Of a DNA stretch of 64,000 nt, positions 29,470-39,805 are shown piece after piece. Both the position numbers and the translations under genes were made by a program. The stretch's first letter is position 1. Every line of letters starts with the position of its first letter. Source of the stretch: a virus. Lineage: Duplodnaviria > Caudoviricetes. Where the stretch lies: positions 128,001-192,000 of IMG/VR virus record IMGVR_UViG_3300045596_000094; one strand, 5' to 3'. A model generated the notes under the pieces. That model did no database searches and had not been told where the DNA came from. It was given only the letters and a program-made list of their open reading frames with translations.

Positions 29470-31497
29470 TTAATCCTCTACTGGTCGTTGAACGAATTCA
29501 AAACCAGATGCCATTAGATGGTTTGCCATGTGTTGCGTTACGCGGTTATTACCACGTGGAATAACCTTACGATCCAGAATGTTCTGAATGTTTGTAGGTT
29601 GTGGGGCTTTCAATAACATGTTGACGACATGCTTGTGGGTTGGTGGTGAGTTAGACATATCCAACATATCTACCGGTGCATCTGGGTCAACCAAAGAGGC
29701 TACAATACGATCCTCTGTTTCACCCAACGCACGAATCGCTTGTGGACGTCCAGGTGAAGCGTGCTTATCACCACGTGTAAGTTTACCCGGAATGCCTTGA
29801 GCCTGCATTACAGGGGAGCTTACAGCTGAGTAGTCATCACCGATCTTTTCTAAGAAGATAAAATACTGTTCACCAATCAATACCGGTTGTTCAGTAGAAC
29901 AATGTTTTCCATTAGAAGAGATGTATGTAACAGTATCGAAACAAGGTGGATAATGTTCACGTAGTTTTTCCATGGCTCTAGGATAATAAACTTCATTATC
30001 CGTAGGTAACCAGAGATAAATCCCATCACGAACCACTTCGTTCATATGCCGATCAATGTTCACTTTCTGAACCATATCGTACATTCGCGGAGACATGAGC
30101 TTATAGAACCCCATGAGTCGAGCTGTAGCCTGGGTCATGTTCCCACTACCCGCCAACTCACGAATCTCTTTGGTTAAGCGCATCATCACCGCTGTAATGT
30201 ATTGTTCATACATTCGACTCGGGTTTAATCGGTTAACAATAGAACCCGCATCCATGATTACATCAGCACGATTACCATCTTTATCGATAGGCATTTTTTC
30301 ATCAGGCCAGACATTTACAATAACCGCCTTACCGCCGCTATCGTCTGCCATTTTGTAAGATACTGTCGGAAGTAGATCGTAACGTACAGTGACAGTTACA
30401 GTCCATTCATTTAAAGGATTACCATTTACCACAAGACCTAAGTTACCACCCCCACGGGAACCATCATACGTACGCGAATACGCAGTTACCATGAGTTCTT
30501 GAAAAGGACCAGTGATCGGAGGATTCTTATTTCCTAATTCCGAACAGATCTTGTTGTACTCAGTAATGATGTCACGGTAGTACTCTTTGGACATTTCCCA
30601 GTAGCGGTGGCATTGTGCATCAGTACCCGTAGGTAGTGTTGGTTTTACAGAATGATTTCGTACGATGTCAATATCGATAACTTGAGCATTACGCTCAACA
30701 TACGTTCTACGATCAGTCTCTTCTTCCACACGTAAACCCCAACGAGAGAGTTGTACTGGGGCTAGACTTTCATCTATTTCACGAGTACCGAAGATTAAAC
30801 CAGAAGGTTTAACAAAATCCCCAACATCAGGAAATAGCTTATATTCGTTTTCATCGCCAAATAAATTTAACCCTACGGTATTTTCCCCGATGGACAATAC
30901 ATGAGTACCATATCCTTTAAATTCTGCCTTCTTAGCAAAACTCTCAGAGATAACGGCACCATCCTGAATGACTTCAGGGATACTCATGAAGGCAACTTTA
31001 CCGTTTAACCCATAACGGTAGTTACCTGCGTCGTCTATACTTGGGGATCTGGCTAATACTGTACCGCCTGCGATATGTTGTCCTGCTTGCATACCGCGAA
31101 GTTTCTGTGTTCGGTGAAAATCGAATCCTAATTTTTGATGATTTAAAGAATTTACTGGAATATAGATTGATCCAAATACCCCATCAATATCGCGATAGAT
31201 AACTAAGGTACCTGTAACAACACCATTACCCCCAATTAACCCTTTGGGTGTGCGCTTATGAATCACCTTACGGATGACAGCATCCTTAGGCATTTTGATC
31301 ATTGAGGTATAGCGCCCGAATTCACGTTCCATTCCAGTCTGGATACGTCGAATTTCAGCACCTTTCAAAGGCGGTGCTTGACCAATTTCTGAAGCAAACA
31401 TATCCCCACGTGAAGCAGAGATACTACCTACAAAAGGCTGTAACGCATGTACCTGAAGGAACTCAGGTCTAAGGGTATTATGTGTAGATTCAAACAT
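29470..31497 (-). CDS. Non-virion RNAP beta subunit (phiKZ gp71-73-like), uninterrupted
   Basis: QDG, YKMADDSGGK, MP.D..GNRAD, RLNP.R.YE, GETE motifs of beta C-terminal half. Confidence 0.85.
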   Translation of the reverse strand: MFESTHNTLRPEFLQVHALQPFVGSISASRGDMFASEIGQAPPLKGAEIRRIQTGMEREFGRYTSMIKMPKDAVIRKVIHKRTPKGLIGGNGVVTGTLVIYRDIDGVFGSIYIPVNSLNHQKLGFDFHRTQKLRGMQAGQHIAGGTVLARSPSIDDAGNYRYGLNGKVAFMSIPEVIQDGAVISESFAKKAEFKGYGTHVLSIGENTVGLNLFGDENEYKLFPDVGDFVKPSGLIFGTREIDESLAPVQLSRWGLRVEEETDRRTYVERNAQVIDIDIVRNHSVKPTLPTGTDAQCHRYWEMSKEYYRDIITEYNKICSELGNKNPPITGPFQELMVTAYSRTYDGSRGGGNLGLVVNGNPLNEWTVTVTVRYDLLPTVSYKMADDSGGKAVIVNVWPDEKMPIDKDGNRADVIMDAGSIVNRLNPSRMYEQYITAVMMRLTKEIRELAGSGNMTQATARLMGFYKLMSPRMYDMVQKVNIDRHMNEVVRDGIYLWLPTDNEVYYPRAMEKLREHYPPCFDTVTYISSNGKHCSTEQPVLIGEQYFIFLEKIGDDYSAVSSPVMQAQGIPGKLTRGDKHASPGRPQAIRALGETEDRIVASLVDPDAPVDMLDMSNSPPTHKHVVNMLLKAPQPTNIQNILDRKVIPRGNNRVTQHMANHLMASGFEFVQRPVED

Positions 31498-31525
31498 GAA
31501 TAAAAGTTTCCTTTATATACCACGG

Positions 31526-31552
31526 TTCATGTTAATATTGTGTATTTAAATC
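31526..31552 (-). promoter_or_regulatory. Putative early promoter for nvRNAP beta/beta'
   Basis: TACAC-AATAT-N5-TGAA. Confidence 0.6.
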
Positions 31553-31565
31553 AGGATTAAATAAA

Positions 31566-31922
31566 ATGGCACGCGGTCAAAGATTGTCTGAACGAATCCC
31601 TTCAGAAGGTCCTGAGGTTTTTTATCGGGACGATTTTAAAACAATGCTAGAACACCATATTCCGCTTTTAGCAACACATGTTAATGCAGTAGTTAGACCG
31701 ATCGAGCCAGCTACCGCAGTTCAGTTTGCAAGTGATTTTTATGGGGTTCTAATATATTTAGGCATACCGACACAATACCATTGGACTATTCTTCGAGTGA
31801 ATGGTTTGACTTCCCCTTATAGTTACAAAGAAGAAATGACGCAGATCGTTGTTCCACCTCTAGATGAGATAGATCAGCTCCAGCAAATCTGGTCTTCTAA
31901 CAACCAACTCTCAATGGGATAA
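31566..31922 (+). CDS. LysM-fold baseplate wedge-like protein (T4 gp53/tail X-like)
   Basis: DFYG...YHWTILRVNGLTSP...IVVP pattern. Confidence 0.5.
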   Translation: MARGQRLSERIPSEGPEVFYRDDFKTMLEHHIPLLATHVNAVVRPIEPATAVQFASDFYGVLIYLGIPTQYHWTILRVNGLTSPYSYKEEMTQIVVPPLDEIDQLQQIWSSNNQLSMG

Positions 31923-31990
31923 AAAATAAAGACACGCCGTTGGGTGTGTCTTTATTTATGCCACCTATCGAAATAAGTGGCATGTATTAC

Positions 31991-33703
31991 TTAGCGTGTA
32001 ACCTTAAATCCAACTTGCTGTTGTTGGACATATGGGTTTTGTTGATACATGCCTTGATTTTGCATTTGGTTATTCCAACCCATTTGCTGCATTGGTTGAC
32101 TTAACACCTGTACAACTTGACCCATTTGATTTACTAACAACTGCTGACCGTTCTGCCCAACAACGACCTGATGCCCTGGTGGTAACATTTGGTTGTTCTG
32201 TTGTCCGCCGTATTGGTTCATCATTTGCTGTTGTGGTGATGTTGGTTGTGTATACGGGTTTACTTGCGCAGTCATCATCTGATTTTGTTGATTCATCTGC
32301 GCTGCTGTACGATTCCATTGATCGAAAACCGTAGGTTGCTGTTGCTGTTGTGGTTGCACGTACCCTTGATTGATCATTGGTTGTTGAAACCCATTACCAT
32401 TAGTGGGATAATTACCAAATCCAGCTACGCCGGATACACCAGTTTGATATCCTTGTTGTTGATAATTGGCTGGAGTTGTGTACGGATTTAACATCGGACG
32501 TGCCTGAGCTGTCCGAGAGTCGTACGTACCGAAACCAGCCACCCCTGGAGCTGGCGGTTGTGCTTGGTTTTGTTGCTGCTGCACATAACCTGGAGCTGGT
32601 TGTGAGTTCATTGGCATCTGAGCCATTGGTTGTTGCTGAGGGGGTGTTTGATAACCTTGCTGGACCACTGGTTGTGGTTGTGGGCTTTGCAACTGGGGTA
32701 CATTTGCTGTATTGTTTGTTGCTTCTAAAGTAGCTGCCATACCAGGAGCAATTGAACGAGGGTTTTGCACGACTTCTTCCTTCTGTGTTCCCGCGAGCGC
32801 TTCGCCGTCGTTTCCGATCATTACTGGGACAATGTTTCGATATTTACTGAGATTTGATAAACGTGGGACAAAGTCTAGATCTGCCGACACGTAATCTGCC
32901 ATGCTAATAATCTCACCCGATTCTTCATCTTTATCTACGAATAAAGAACCGTAGATTTTCGTGATACGGTTTAGGGGTTCCATCACTTTGGTAAAAGATG
33001 TTGCTAATGCATGGAAGCCTGGTGCTTCCATTGAATCAGATGCTGCAGAATACGTATCTTCGACATCCCAATCCGGAAGAATGTAATCGAACAATGCTTT
33101 AAAGTCTTTCGAGTCACGTTTACGAACATCCCGATGTGCCCATGCAGTGCCTTCTGGCTTAAGCATTTCCATCAATAATGGGAAAGTGATTACAGATACG
33201 CGATTGAATACAGAACTACCGAATTTACCGCTACGTTTATTGAATACATTAACAACCCGAACATGCTTCATGTCGATTGCATCCAAAATACGCCCCAGGT
33301 TATTCTCACCTTTCTTATCCGCATCAGGTAAGATGGAAAGAATAGTGAGTTGATCCCCTGTTAGTTTATCATGTAACGATTTATCGCTAGCAATCTGATA
33401 AAGCTTTTGTGCAATATACGCAATAGAGAAACTGAGTTTAAATGTCACGACGGTTTTCAGATAATTCTGAATGGCACTATCGCCACGTGCTACGTTTTCA
33501 CTCATTGGATGAAATACTAAAGCGTTCTCAGGAACGCCGTGTAACACCGATGGTAACGGCATCAGTAAGTTGAGTTTATTTACTGATTGTGCTACTTGTT
33601 TATCTGGGTATTGTAGAAAGAGTTGCCCAGATTCATCATACGTGATGTTTAAAGCTTTTAGTAAAGGACCGTACAGTTCGGTTACAATATTTACAGGTTC
33701 CAT
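31991..33703 (-). CDS. Conserved chimallivirus protein (phiKZ gp70-like) with Q/N/P-rich C-terminal low-complexity domain
   Basis: FHPMSENVARGDS core; ~260 aa Q/N/P/G/Y/M-rich tail; synteny. Confidence 0.6.
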   Translation of the reverse strand: MEPVNIVTELYGPLLKALNITYDESGQLFLQYPDKQVAQSVNKLNLLMPLPSVLHGVPENALVFHPMSENVARGDSAIQNYLKTVVTFKLSFSIAYIAQKLYQIASDKSLHDKLTGDQLTILSILPDADKKGENNLGRILDAIDMKHVRVVNVFNKRSGKFGSSVFNRVSVITFPLLMEMLKPEGTAWAHRDVRKRDSKDFKALFDYILPDWDVEDTYSAASDSMEAPGFHALATSFTKVMEPLNRITKIYGSLFVDKDEESGEIISMADYVSADLDFVPRLSNLSKYRNIVPVMIGNDGEALAGTQKEEVVQNPRSIAPGMAATLEATNNTANVPQLQSPQPQPVVQQGYQTPPQQQPMAQMPMNSQPAPGYVQQQQNQAQPPAPGVAGFGTYDSRTAQARPMLNPYTTPANYQQQGYQTGVSGVAGFGNYPTNGNGFQQPMINQGYVQPQQQQQPTVFDQWNRTAAQMNQQNQMMTAQVNPYTQPTSPQQQMMNQYGGQQNNQMLPPGHQVVVGQNGQQLLVNQMGQVVQVLSQPMQQMGWNNQMQNQGMYQQNPYVQQQQVGFKVTR

Positions 33704-33716
33704 TGTTTACTCCAGA

Positions 33717-35243
33717 TTAAAATTGTGGATAAGGTTGATTTTGACCATTACCGAATACACCTAAGTTCTTTGCCATGAACTTAACGTCGCTTGCGATATT
33801 ATTTAAAACATTCTGACTACTTGTGACCATTGGTGTAAACGAAGCGTCGGCGTATGTTGGTGAGCAGTACGGTACTGGCGGTTGCCCATTGATAGAGATT
33901 TGAATATGCGAATCACCAAAAGCATCGATATGCGCAGAGATGCTAAACGGAATACCTTCTTGTAATGGCATATCACGGAAAATAGACAGCTCAGCATTAC
34001 GAACAAATGTGGCTAATGTCTGCTGGATATATCCTTGCGGTAATTCACCAAACAATGGCACAGGTGGATCTACCTGAACACTAATCTGACCAGTAGGTGT
34101 CATGTTGGTTGCGCGGATCGTGATACGACTCATCAAACTCTGTAACATGATGGCTGGTAAAGTTTGTAACAGATAAGTCGAAACAATCGCTTCCATCGAT
34201 TCATCAACACGCGCCTGCCCGCTACCCATTGGATCAAGTTGATACCACGGTTGGAAATCGCCAGCGTTAGACTGATAAATATCCAACTTCTTCGTTTCAC
34301 CCGTATTAATCACTTTTACAATTCCTTGTTGTGTGATCTCAGGGAATACATCTTTTAGTTCGTACCATGTCACATAGCCGTTTTCAACATAACCTGTGCG
34401 GCCCATTGAGATCTTCCCGATCAGCGGATCTTCGTAGAAGCTCAATTCACTTGCCCCTGCACCAGCTGCTGCTGCTGAATAAACGCCGTGATTACCACCG
34501 TTAGGATCCTCAAGCTGCACCGCGCGATATAGACTATCAAGAGAGGTCTGCAGGTATGTCGCCGGTAATTGGTTTGTTCGTCGAGACAATGAGGTTGAAA
34601 TAGCACTACGCATATCGCCAACGAACTGAGCATTCAACTGGCTAGTTTCCTGAGAAGACAAAGCGTACATTAAATCCATTGGACGAATAGTGCTTGGTAC
34701 TTGAATTGGTGCCATATTGGTTGGGTTGAATGTCGGGCGGGCCTGATTACCTATCATCTTAGGATGGATAACGTGGGAAGCATTTTGCACGTTAAAGAAA
34801 CCATTCGTATTAAATTCATTCGGCATGATTGAACTGATGGTGACACGGTTGTTCACGAACAACTGCATATTCGGATCAAAGTCATAACCACCATTTTGAA
34901 CTTGCACTACACCGGTAGAGTTACTGTAACCGGTATAGATATACTGCATTGAAGATTGTAAATTACCTGTATCAGGTACTGCGTGTAAAACAAAACGGTA
35001 ACGTTTATTTTGCCAACCGTTGGCAATGTTCACGAAACGATCCACCTGCGCTCCAGGTGTGATAATCTTCCCAGCAATCCCTGTCAGGTTGTCTGCGTGA
35101 ATCATGTCGCCCTGACGGGTCTGGTCAGCTAAAACGTTCATCATACGTTCGTCAACATGACTATTTAAAGAACGTGCGACCATATCGTTAGTTGTACCAG
35201 TTTCGATAAAGAAGATTGATGTAATGCGAAGATTAGCGTTCAT
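33717..35243 (-). CDS. picA: Probable phage-nucleus protein importer PicA/Imp1 (phiKZ gp69-like)
   Basis: 508 aa; lies between gp68-like and gp70-like genes; FIETGT N-terminal motif; assignment mainly syntenic. Confidence 0.65.
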   Translation of the reverse strand: MNANLRITSIFFIETGTTNDMVARSLNSHVDERMMNVLADQTRQGDMIHADNLTGIAGKIITPGAQVDRFVNIANGWQNKRYRFVLHAVPDTGNLQSSMQYIYTGYSNSTGVVQVQNGGYDFDPNMQLFVNNRVTISSIMPNEFNTNGFFNVQNASHVIHPKMIGNQARPTFNPTNMAPIQVPSTIRPMDLMYALSSQETSQLNAQFVGDMRSAISTSLSRRTNQLPATYLQTSLDSLYRAVQLEDPNGGNHGVYSAAAAGAGASELSFYEDPLIGKISMGRTGYVENGYVTWYELKDVFPEITQQGIVKVINTGETKKLDIYQSNAGDFQPWYQLDPMGSGQARVDESMEAIVSTYLLQTLPAIMLQSLMSRITIRATNMTPTGQISVQVDPPVPLFGELPQGYIQQTLATFVRNAELSIFRDMPLQEGIPFSISAHIDAFGDSHIQISINGQPPVPYCSPTYADASFTPMVTSSQNVLNNIASDVKFMAKNLGVFGNGQNQPYPQF

Positions 35244-35267
35244 GTGGGATTTCCTTTAGGATAATAA

Positions 35268-36851
35268 TTAAACGTTTGTTTTCCAGTTCTCAAGAGTTTC
35301 AAAAAGCTGATAATGCTTTTGTTGAATCTCATCGAGCTTTCCTGTAAGTAGATCAATTAGTTGATGCACTATATTTGCAGGCACAGTCATGTGACCATGT
35401 CTATCTACAGTCGGAACCATGTCTTGGGTTAAGAACCCCGGCGCTCTGATTGCTTTACGACAACGAGTAAGTCTCACACCCATCGTGTGCAAAGCAGGCA
35501 TCGCAAAGTTATTTGACTTTGCTTTCGCTACCCGGGTACGTTGTTGTATCTGGTACGGATACATTTTATCTAGTTTGTTGATGTGCTCCAAAGTTGGTTT
35601 AAGTAGGCGATTATCTAACCCAGAACCGCCACCAGATTTTAGATTCAATCCAGTAGAGATTAAAGCCAGTTCATGATAACCCCAGTGATGTAGTAAACAC
35701 TGAGTTGCAATCATTGCATTAATGTTTGTACGTTTTTCTAATACCTCGTAAAGAGTTGGTGAGATAGCAGTAGAAAGAACCCATTGCGCTAGGATGACAT
35801 TAGATTCATCATACATCTCATTTTCTAAACCAACCGTTACTTCCAATACAGCATTAACCAATTGTTCAGGAATGGTGTCATCGATTGTTCGACACATTTC
35901 GTACACATTCTCAGCGAATACGTCAGAGGTCACTAGATTACCAAAAGGTAAATCCTGTTTCACTCGGAATGTTTCTAAGAAAGATGGATCTTTCTCGCCA
36001 TCAACTACAGAAGAAGCGTTTCGTTTCTCCTGAATCACATCCCCGAATTTCTTCTCCATATTACGCATGGTTGTATCAATATAAACTGATACCTGAGAAA
36101 TCACGTTCGATACTGATTCATCTGCATGAATATTTATCATTCCTAATTTACGGACAATCAATACACCCGCGATCCATTCTGGAATTTCTTCACGACCAAT
36201 ACCACCTAAGATATTACTGATGGATTGGGCCTGTTTACTACTACGATGAGATTCCTGAATATAAACCAGTAGTCTACCAAATGCCGGGTAGTTCTTCAGG
36301 TTAGATTTTCGAATCAACTGATAGGCGCGGAATTCTTTCTGAGCATCAGGAACTGAATCTTTCGTAATACTAATGAACTCACCCCAGATCGGAATTAACA
36401 TTCGAATAGCAGATAGTAGAACCACCAACTTAATATAATCATCACGCAAATACGTTTTGTCTTTGGTAAATGATTCGTCAACCTGATTATAACTGGTTTT
36501 GACGTTACTAGGAACAATGATACCGCCTTTGATTTCTACAAAGTAATGAAACTTTGCTGGATCTATTAAATCAAATATGCGTTTAACGATTGTTTCTAAT
36601 TTGTCTTGCGTAAGTTGCATGGATAAAGGATTCAGTAATAATTCTTTTGCTGAAAGATAATGATCCCATAATTGATCTTGTTGTTGTGGGGTTAGGTTGG
36701 CTTTTATAAATCTGTTAGCAACATCAAAAACACCACCAGCATTTAAAACATTACTCGACTTATATAGTGTATTGGTTGAGAATACTAAAGCTTCCCCGTC
36801 ACTTTTAACAACCCTGACAGATTCACGGTTATTATCAAACTCTAAGAACAT
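35268..36851 (-). CDS. Non-virion RNAP promoter-specificity (sigma-like) subunit, phiKZ gp68-like
   Basis: 527 aa; TY.R.DY..L....R...PIWGEFI motif; synteny. Confidence 0.7.
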   Translation of the reverse strand: MFLEFDNNRESVRVVKSDGEALVFSTNTLYKSSNVLNAGGVFDVANRFIKANLTPQQQDQLWDHYLSAKELLLNPLSMQLTQDKLETIVKRIFDLIDPAKFHYFVEIKGGIIVPSNVKTSYNQVDESFTKDKTYLRDDYIKLVVLLSAIRMLIPIWGEFISITKDSVPDAQKEFRAYQLIRKSNLKNYPAFGRLLVYIQESHRSSKQAQSISNILGGIGREEIPEWIAGVLIVRKLGMINIHADESVSNVISQVSVYIDTTMRNMEKKFGDVIQEKRNASSVVDGEKDPSFLETFRVKQDLPFGNLVTSDVFAENVYEMCRTIDDTIPEQLVNAVLEVTVGLENEMYDESNVILAQWVLSTAISPTLYEVLEKRTNINAMIATQCLLHHWGYHELALISTGLNLKSGGGSGLDNRLLKPTLEHINKLDKMYPYQIQQRTRVAKAKSNNFAMPALHTMGVRLTRCRKAIRAPGFLTQDMVPTVDRHGHMTVPANIVHQLIDLLTGKLDEIQQKHYQLFETLENWKTNV

Positions 36852-36889
36852 CTTTCACTCCAGATTAAAATAATGGATAGTTCCACCTT

Positions 36890-36930
36890 ATCAAGATAAT
36901 AATGTATAGCTGAAATTTCTTACGATTGAA
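36890..36930 (-). promoter_or_regulatory. Putative early promoter
   Basis: TTTCAGC-TATAC-ATTAT-N5-TGAT. Confidence 0.6.
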
Positions 36931-36993
36931 TTTTGCACGAGAGTAAGCTATACTAGCCCCGTGTAAGGGCTAGTATATCTGTTTAGTCATTAG

Positions 36994-37740
36994 TTAAAAG
37001 TCATCAGCGAAATCGCCATCATCAAAATCACTACCACCGGCAGAAGCGCCAGAGCTACTGTTATTGTAAGCAGGTTTCTTCTGATAGCTGTTACCGCCAC
37101 CATTGTTGTTCCCGCTCCAACCACCTTTATTACCACCCTGCTGTCCACCACCAGCATTCTGAGGATCTTGACCCGCACCTGCCATTACAGCGTATACAAG
37201 GGCCATTGAACGCTCAGCAAATAAATTAGCATGGAAACGAGAGATCATACCTTTATCTAGATCGCCCGATTTAGCACGGAAACTATGATAGTAGTCGGGT
37301 TTAAAGTAAAACTTCACTTTAGGGGCATTACTCGTAACGCGATCAATTACAGAAATCCAAACCTGACCATCTTCGTCTTTACCGACCATCGTTTCAGAAA
37401 CAGTTTTTTGACGTACGTTCGGATCTGTGCGATCTTCTTTTTTGATCGGCTGCATGTTAGCAATGCTGAAAGTTTCCGGCGGTGTTGTATCTAGCGCCAG
37501 ATGTTGAATGAGTTTCATCACCACACCAAACGTGTCTAGATTCATACCTGCTGAAATACGAGAAACACCAGAACCATTATCACAGTTAGGAAAAACTGTG
37601 AATTGGGGGTTATTGCGGTAAATACCAACTTTCAACGAAGGGGGCTTGGCTCCTTTCTGTACAGGTGCCGCTGTTAAGTTTAATTTGCGCTCATCTAAAA
37701 TGGTTGTAGCGCGTGGAGCTGATTGATATTGTCCAGCCAT
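36994..37740 (-). CDS. chmC: Nucleus-associated nucleic-acid-binding protein ChmC/Imp6 (Whirly-like; phiKZ gp67-like)
   Basis: 248 aa; beta-rich N-domain, G/N/S-rich disordered tail, acidic DDGDFADDF end; directly upstream of gp68-like gene. Confidence 0.7.
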   Translation of the reverse strand: MAGQYQSAPRATTILDERKLNLTAAPVQKGAKPPSLKVGIYRNNPQFTVFPNCDNGSGVSRISAGMNLDTFGVVMKLIQHLALDTTPPETFSIANMQPIKKEDRTDPNVRQKTVSETMVGKDEDGQVWISVIDRVTSNAPKVKFYFKPDYYHSFRAKSGDLDKGMISRFHANLFAERSMALVYAVMAGAGQDPQNAGGGQQGGNKGGWSGNNNGGGNSYQKKPAYNNSSSGASAGGSDFDDGDFADDF

Positions 37741-37764
37741 TATTACTATTCCTTCGAATGTTCA

Positions 37765-37782
37765 CTATAGGATGCTAAACGC
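37765..37782 (-). promoter_or_regulatory. 18-bp motif GCGTTTAGCATCCTATAG (copy 1), candidate middle promoter/operator
   Basis: Identical copy at 55989-56006; both lie just upstream of minus-strand operons. Confidence 0.5.
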
Positions 37783-37800
37783 AATTATTTTTCACTGACC

Positions 37801-38655
37801 CTAGAATTGCTGGATCATTCTTGCGAGAGGCTTATCGTTTAATCGATTCATTTGAGCATCAATTAAACGATCCGTTGTTGTTTGATTCCACCGGCTAGCG
37901 ACGGAGAAATCAAGAATTTCTTGTTTTGCCTTAGGGGGCAAACCGGCAAATGTTCGACCATCTCCGAAGATTTGAATCGTTTTACGACTGAATGGAATTC
38001 TTTCCATTCCTTCGTTACCGGTCCTTCCTTTCAGCTTAGTGAACCAGCGATGCCGGTTCTTAATTGTACCAGTATGACTTTCTAACAAATCTAGATTTCT
38101 AGCATTTGCATGAGGTACAAGATCCACAGGGAAATGAGTGAGGATGATATTTCGTTCATCAGGAATAGGTACTTTAACATCACAAACCATGATGTTTAGT
38201 TTTCCTTGTTTTGCTAAACGAATAATTTGATCAACAACGTAGTACTCAATATTCTCGTAGAGGTTTGTTGGTTTTGGTTCTCTTAATTTAGCTAAAGGAT
38301 ATTCCCGTTGCAGCGTATTAAAAGTACAAACATAATAAACCACTGAAAGTTTTTCGTGAGATTGGTCCGAGATAATCACAGGAATATCTCTAATCTCTTC
38401 TAAAACCTTTTTAAGATAATGTTGAGCTGTCCATGTTGTCCGCAATTCTTTCTGCACAGCACCATGTAGATTCCGAACCAAAGTTCGGATATTAACGAAT
38501 AAATTATCGTACTGTGTATAAGGTAGTGGATTTGTAGGTTTTACGTTTTCGTTGATACCAAAGAGAGTTTCAAATGCGAGGGACGTACCGATCGAAACCG
38601 CATACTGCCCCTCTGTAATCTCATCGCCCTGAATTGCTTTAGCTAATAACGCCAA
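37801..38655 (-). CDS. Conserved 5'-3' exonuclease/PIN-like protein (phiKZ gp66-like)
   Basis: FVNIRTLVRN, LTHFPVDL, LLESHTG motifs; next to SbcD. Confidence 0.5.
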   Translation of the reverse strand: MALLAKAIQGDEITEGQYAVSIGTSLAFETLFGINENVKPTNPLPYTQYDNLFVNIRTLVRNLHGAVQKELRTTWTAQHYLKKVLEEIRDIPVIISDQSHEKLSVVYYVCTFNTLQREYPLAKLREPKPTNLYENIEYYVVDQIIRLAKQGKLNIMVCDVKVPIPDERNIILTHFPVDLVPHANARNLDLLESHTGTIKNRHRWFTKLKGRTGNEGMERIPFSRKTIQIFGDGRTFAGLPPKAKQEILDFSVASRWNQTTTDRLIDAQMNRLNDKPLARMIQQF

Positions 38656-39805
38656 TCATATTCTCCACAATTTTACTGCATCGAAGTGCACGTTCAGGAT
38701 TCTGGTCATTCAAGACAAGACGGATCTCATCTAGAATATTATCACGAGTAAGAATGGGTAACTGCCTCATTTGCTTCGTTGCTTCTTCCACTGTGATTTT
38801 CTTTTTATTATCAGATTCACGTTCAACCGTGAAACGAATGAAAGGGAATATATCTGCAAGACGTCTACGCATATCGCCTGCAACATCGCCCTTCTTACAT
38901 AGAAGGCGCACATTACCCGGAGATCGATTTTCACCTAGAGTTCTAGACACTAAAGCTAGAACGTCTTCTGGAGCGAAGCCGTGGACTTCTAGAGTGAGGT
39001 ATCTCATTGCACCGTAATTTTTAACAAACTGAACATTTCCGTGTAAAACTCGGATATGACCTTTATCCATTTCTTCGTTATGACTTAGCCGATCAAAAGA
39101 ACCTTGAGCTAAAATCTTACCGTGAATGGAATGTTTGTGAATATGCCCAATGTCAATGAAATGTCTTACTATCGCATTGTATTTGTCAGGATCATGAAAT
39201 CGATCCTTAATTGCTTCAATGTTGGGTAATTGGTGTGGGAAAGCGCCATGCATACAACCAATATCGACTTGAGTGATTCCGCGTTCATCCAGCAATGACT
39301 GAACAACATCCCACGTTTGTTCTGGTGTTGCTCTCGCCTCATCAGGAACATACAGTACATCAATGCCGAACTTATCGATTCGTTCAATATGAATCTGATC
39401 AATGTATTTCAAATCACACCGATAGTTATAATTGACATTCGTTTCATGGAAGATAAATGATTGATCCCAGTCATGTAAAGGTGTCCCTTTTAAAACTCGA
39501 ACCGCGATACCGCGCTTGACACACATTCCGATAAAACGTGCGACCCAAGCACGAACAGCTACCGCCGCAGAGGAATCAAATTCCATCTGAGAATCGAACA
39601 CATCTCCAGAAATGAAGATGATATCCAACTTACCTGTCTCGTCATTATCGGGAAATGCGTAAGTTTCCAAATTGTGGATAATGAAGTCTGTAGGTGTGTT
39701 GGGGTGCCCTAAATGAATATCCGATATAAAAGCCATATTCAGTTTAAGGGCGGCTGAGATTTGATCTAATGAACTTAGACCCATCTCTGTTAAAATATCA
39801 GACAT
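38639..39805 (-). CDS. sbcD: SbcD/Mre11-like metallophosphoesterase nuclease
   Basis: SDIHLG, SGDVFD, GTPLHD, MHG, GHIH motifs. Confidence 0.85.
   Translation of the reverse strand: MSDILTEMGLSSLDQISAALKLNMAFISDIHLGHPNTPTDFIIHNLETYAFPDNDETGKLDIIFISGDVFDSQMEFDSSAAVAVRAWVARFIGMCVKRGIAVRVLKGTPLHDWDQSFIFHETNVNYNYRCDLKYIDQIHIERIDKFGIDVLYVPDEARATPEQTWDVVQSLLDERGITQVDIGCMHGAFPHQLPNIEAIKDRFHDPDKYNAIVRHFIDIGHIHKHSIHGKILAQGSFDRLSHNEEMDKGHIRVLHGNVQFVKNYGAMRYLTLEVHGFAPEDVLALVSRTLGENRSPGNVRLLCKKGDVAGDMRRRLADIFPFIRFTVERESDNKKKITVEEATKQMRQLPILTRDNILDEIRLVLNDQNPERALRCSKIVENMIGVIS

Noticed and set aside
32020-32730. TGT/TGC/TTG trinucleotide-rich tract as a DNA repeat element
   Set aside because: It is explained by Gln codons (CAA/CAG) of the low-complexity protein tail on the minus strand.
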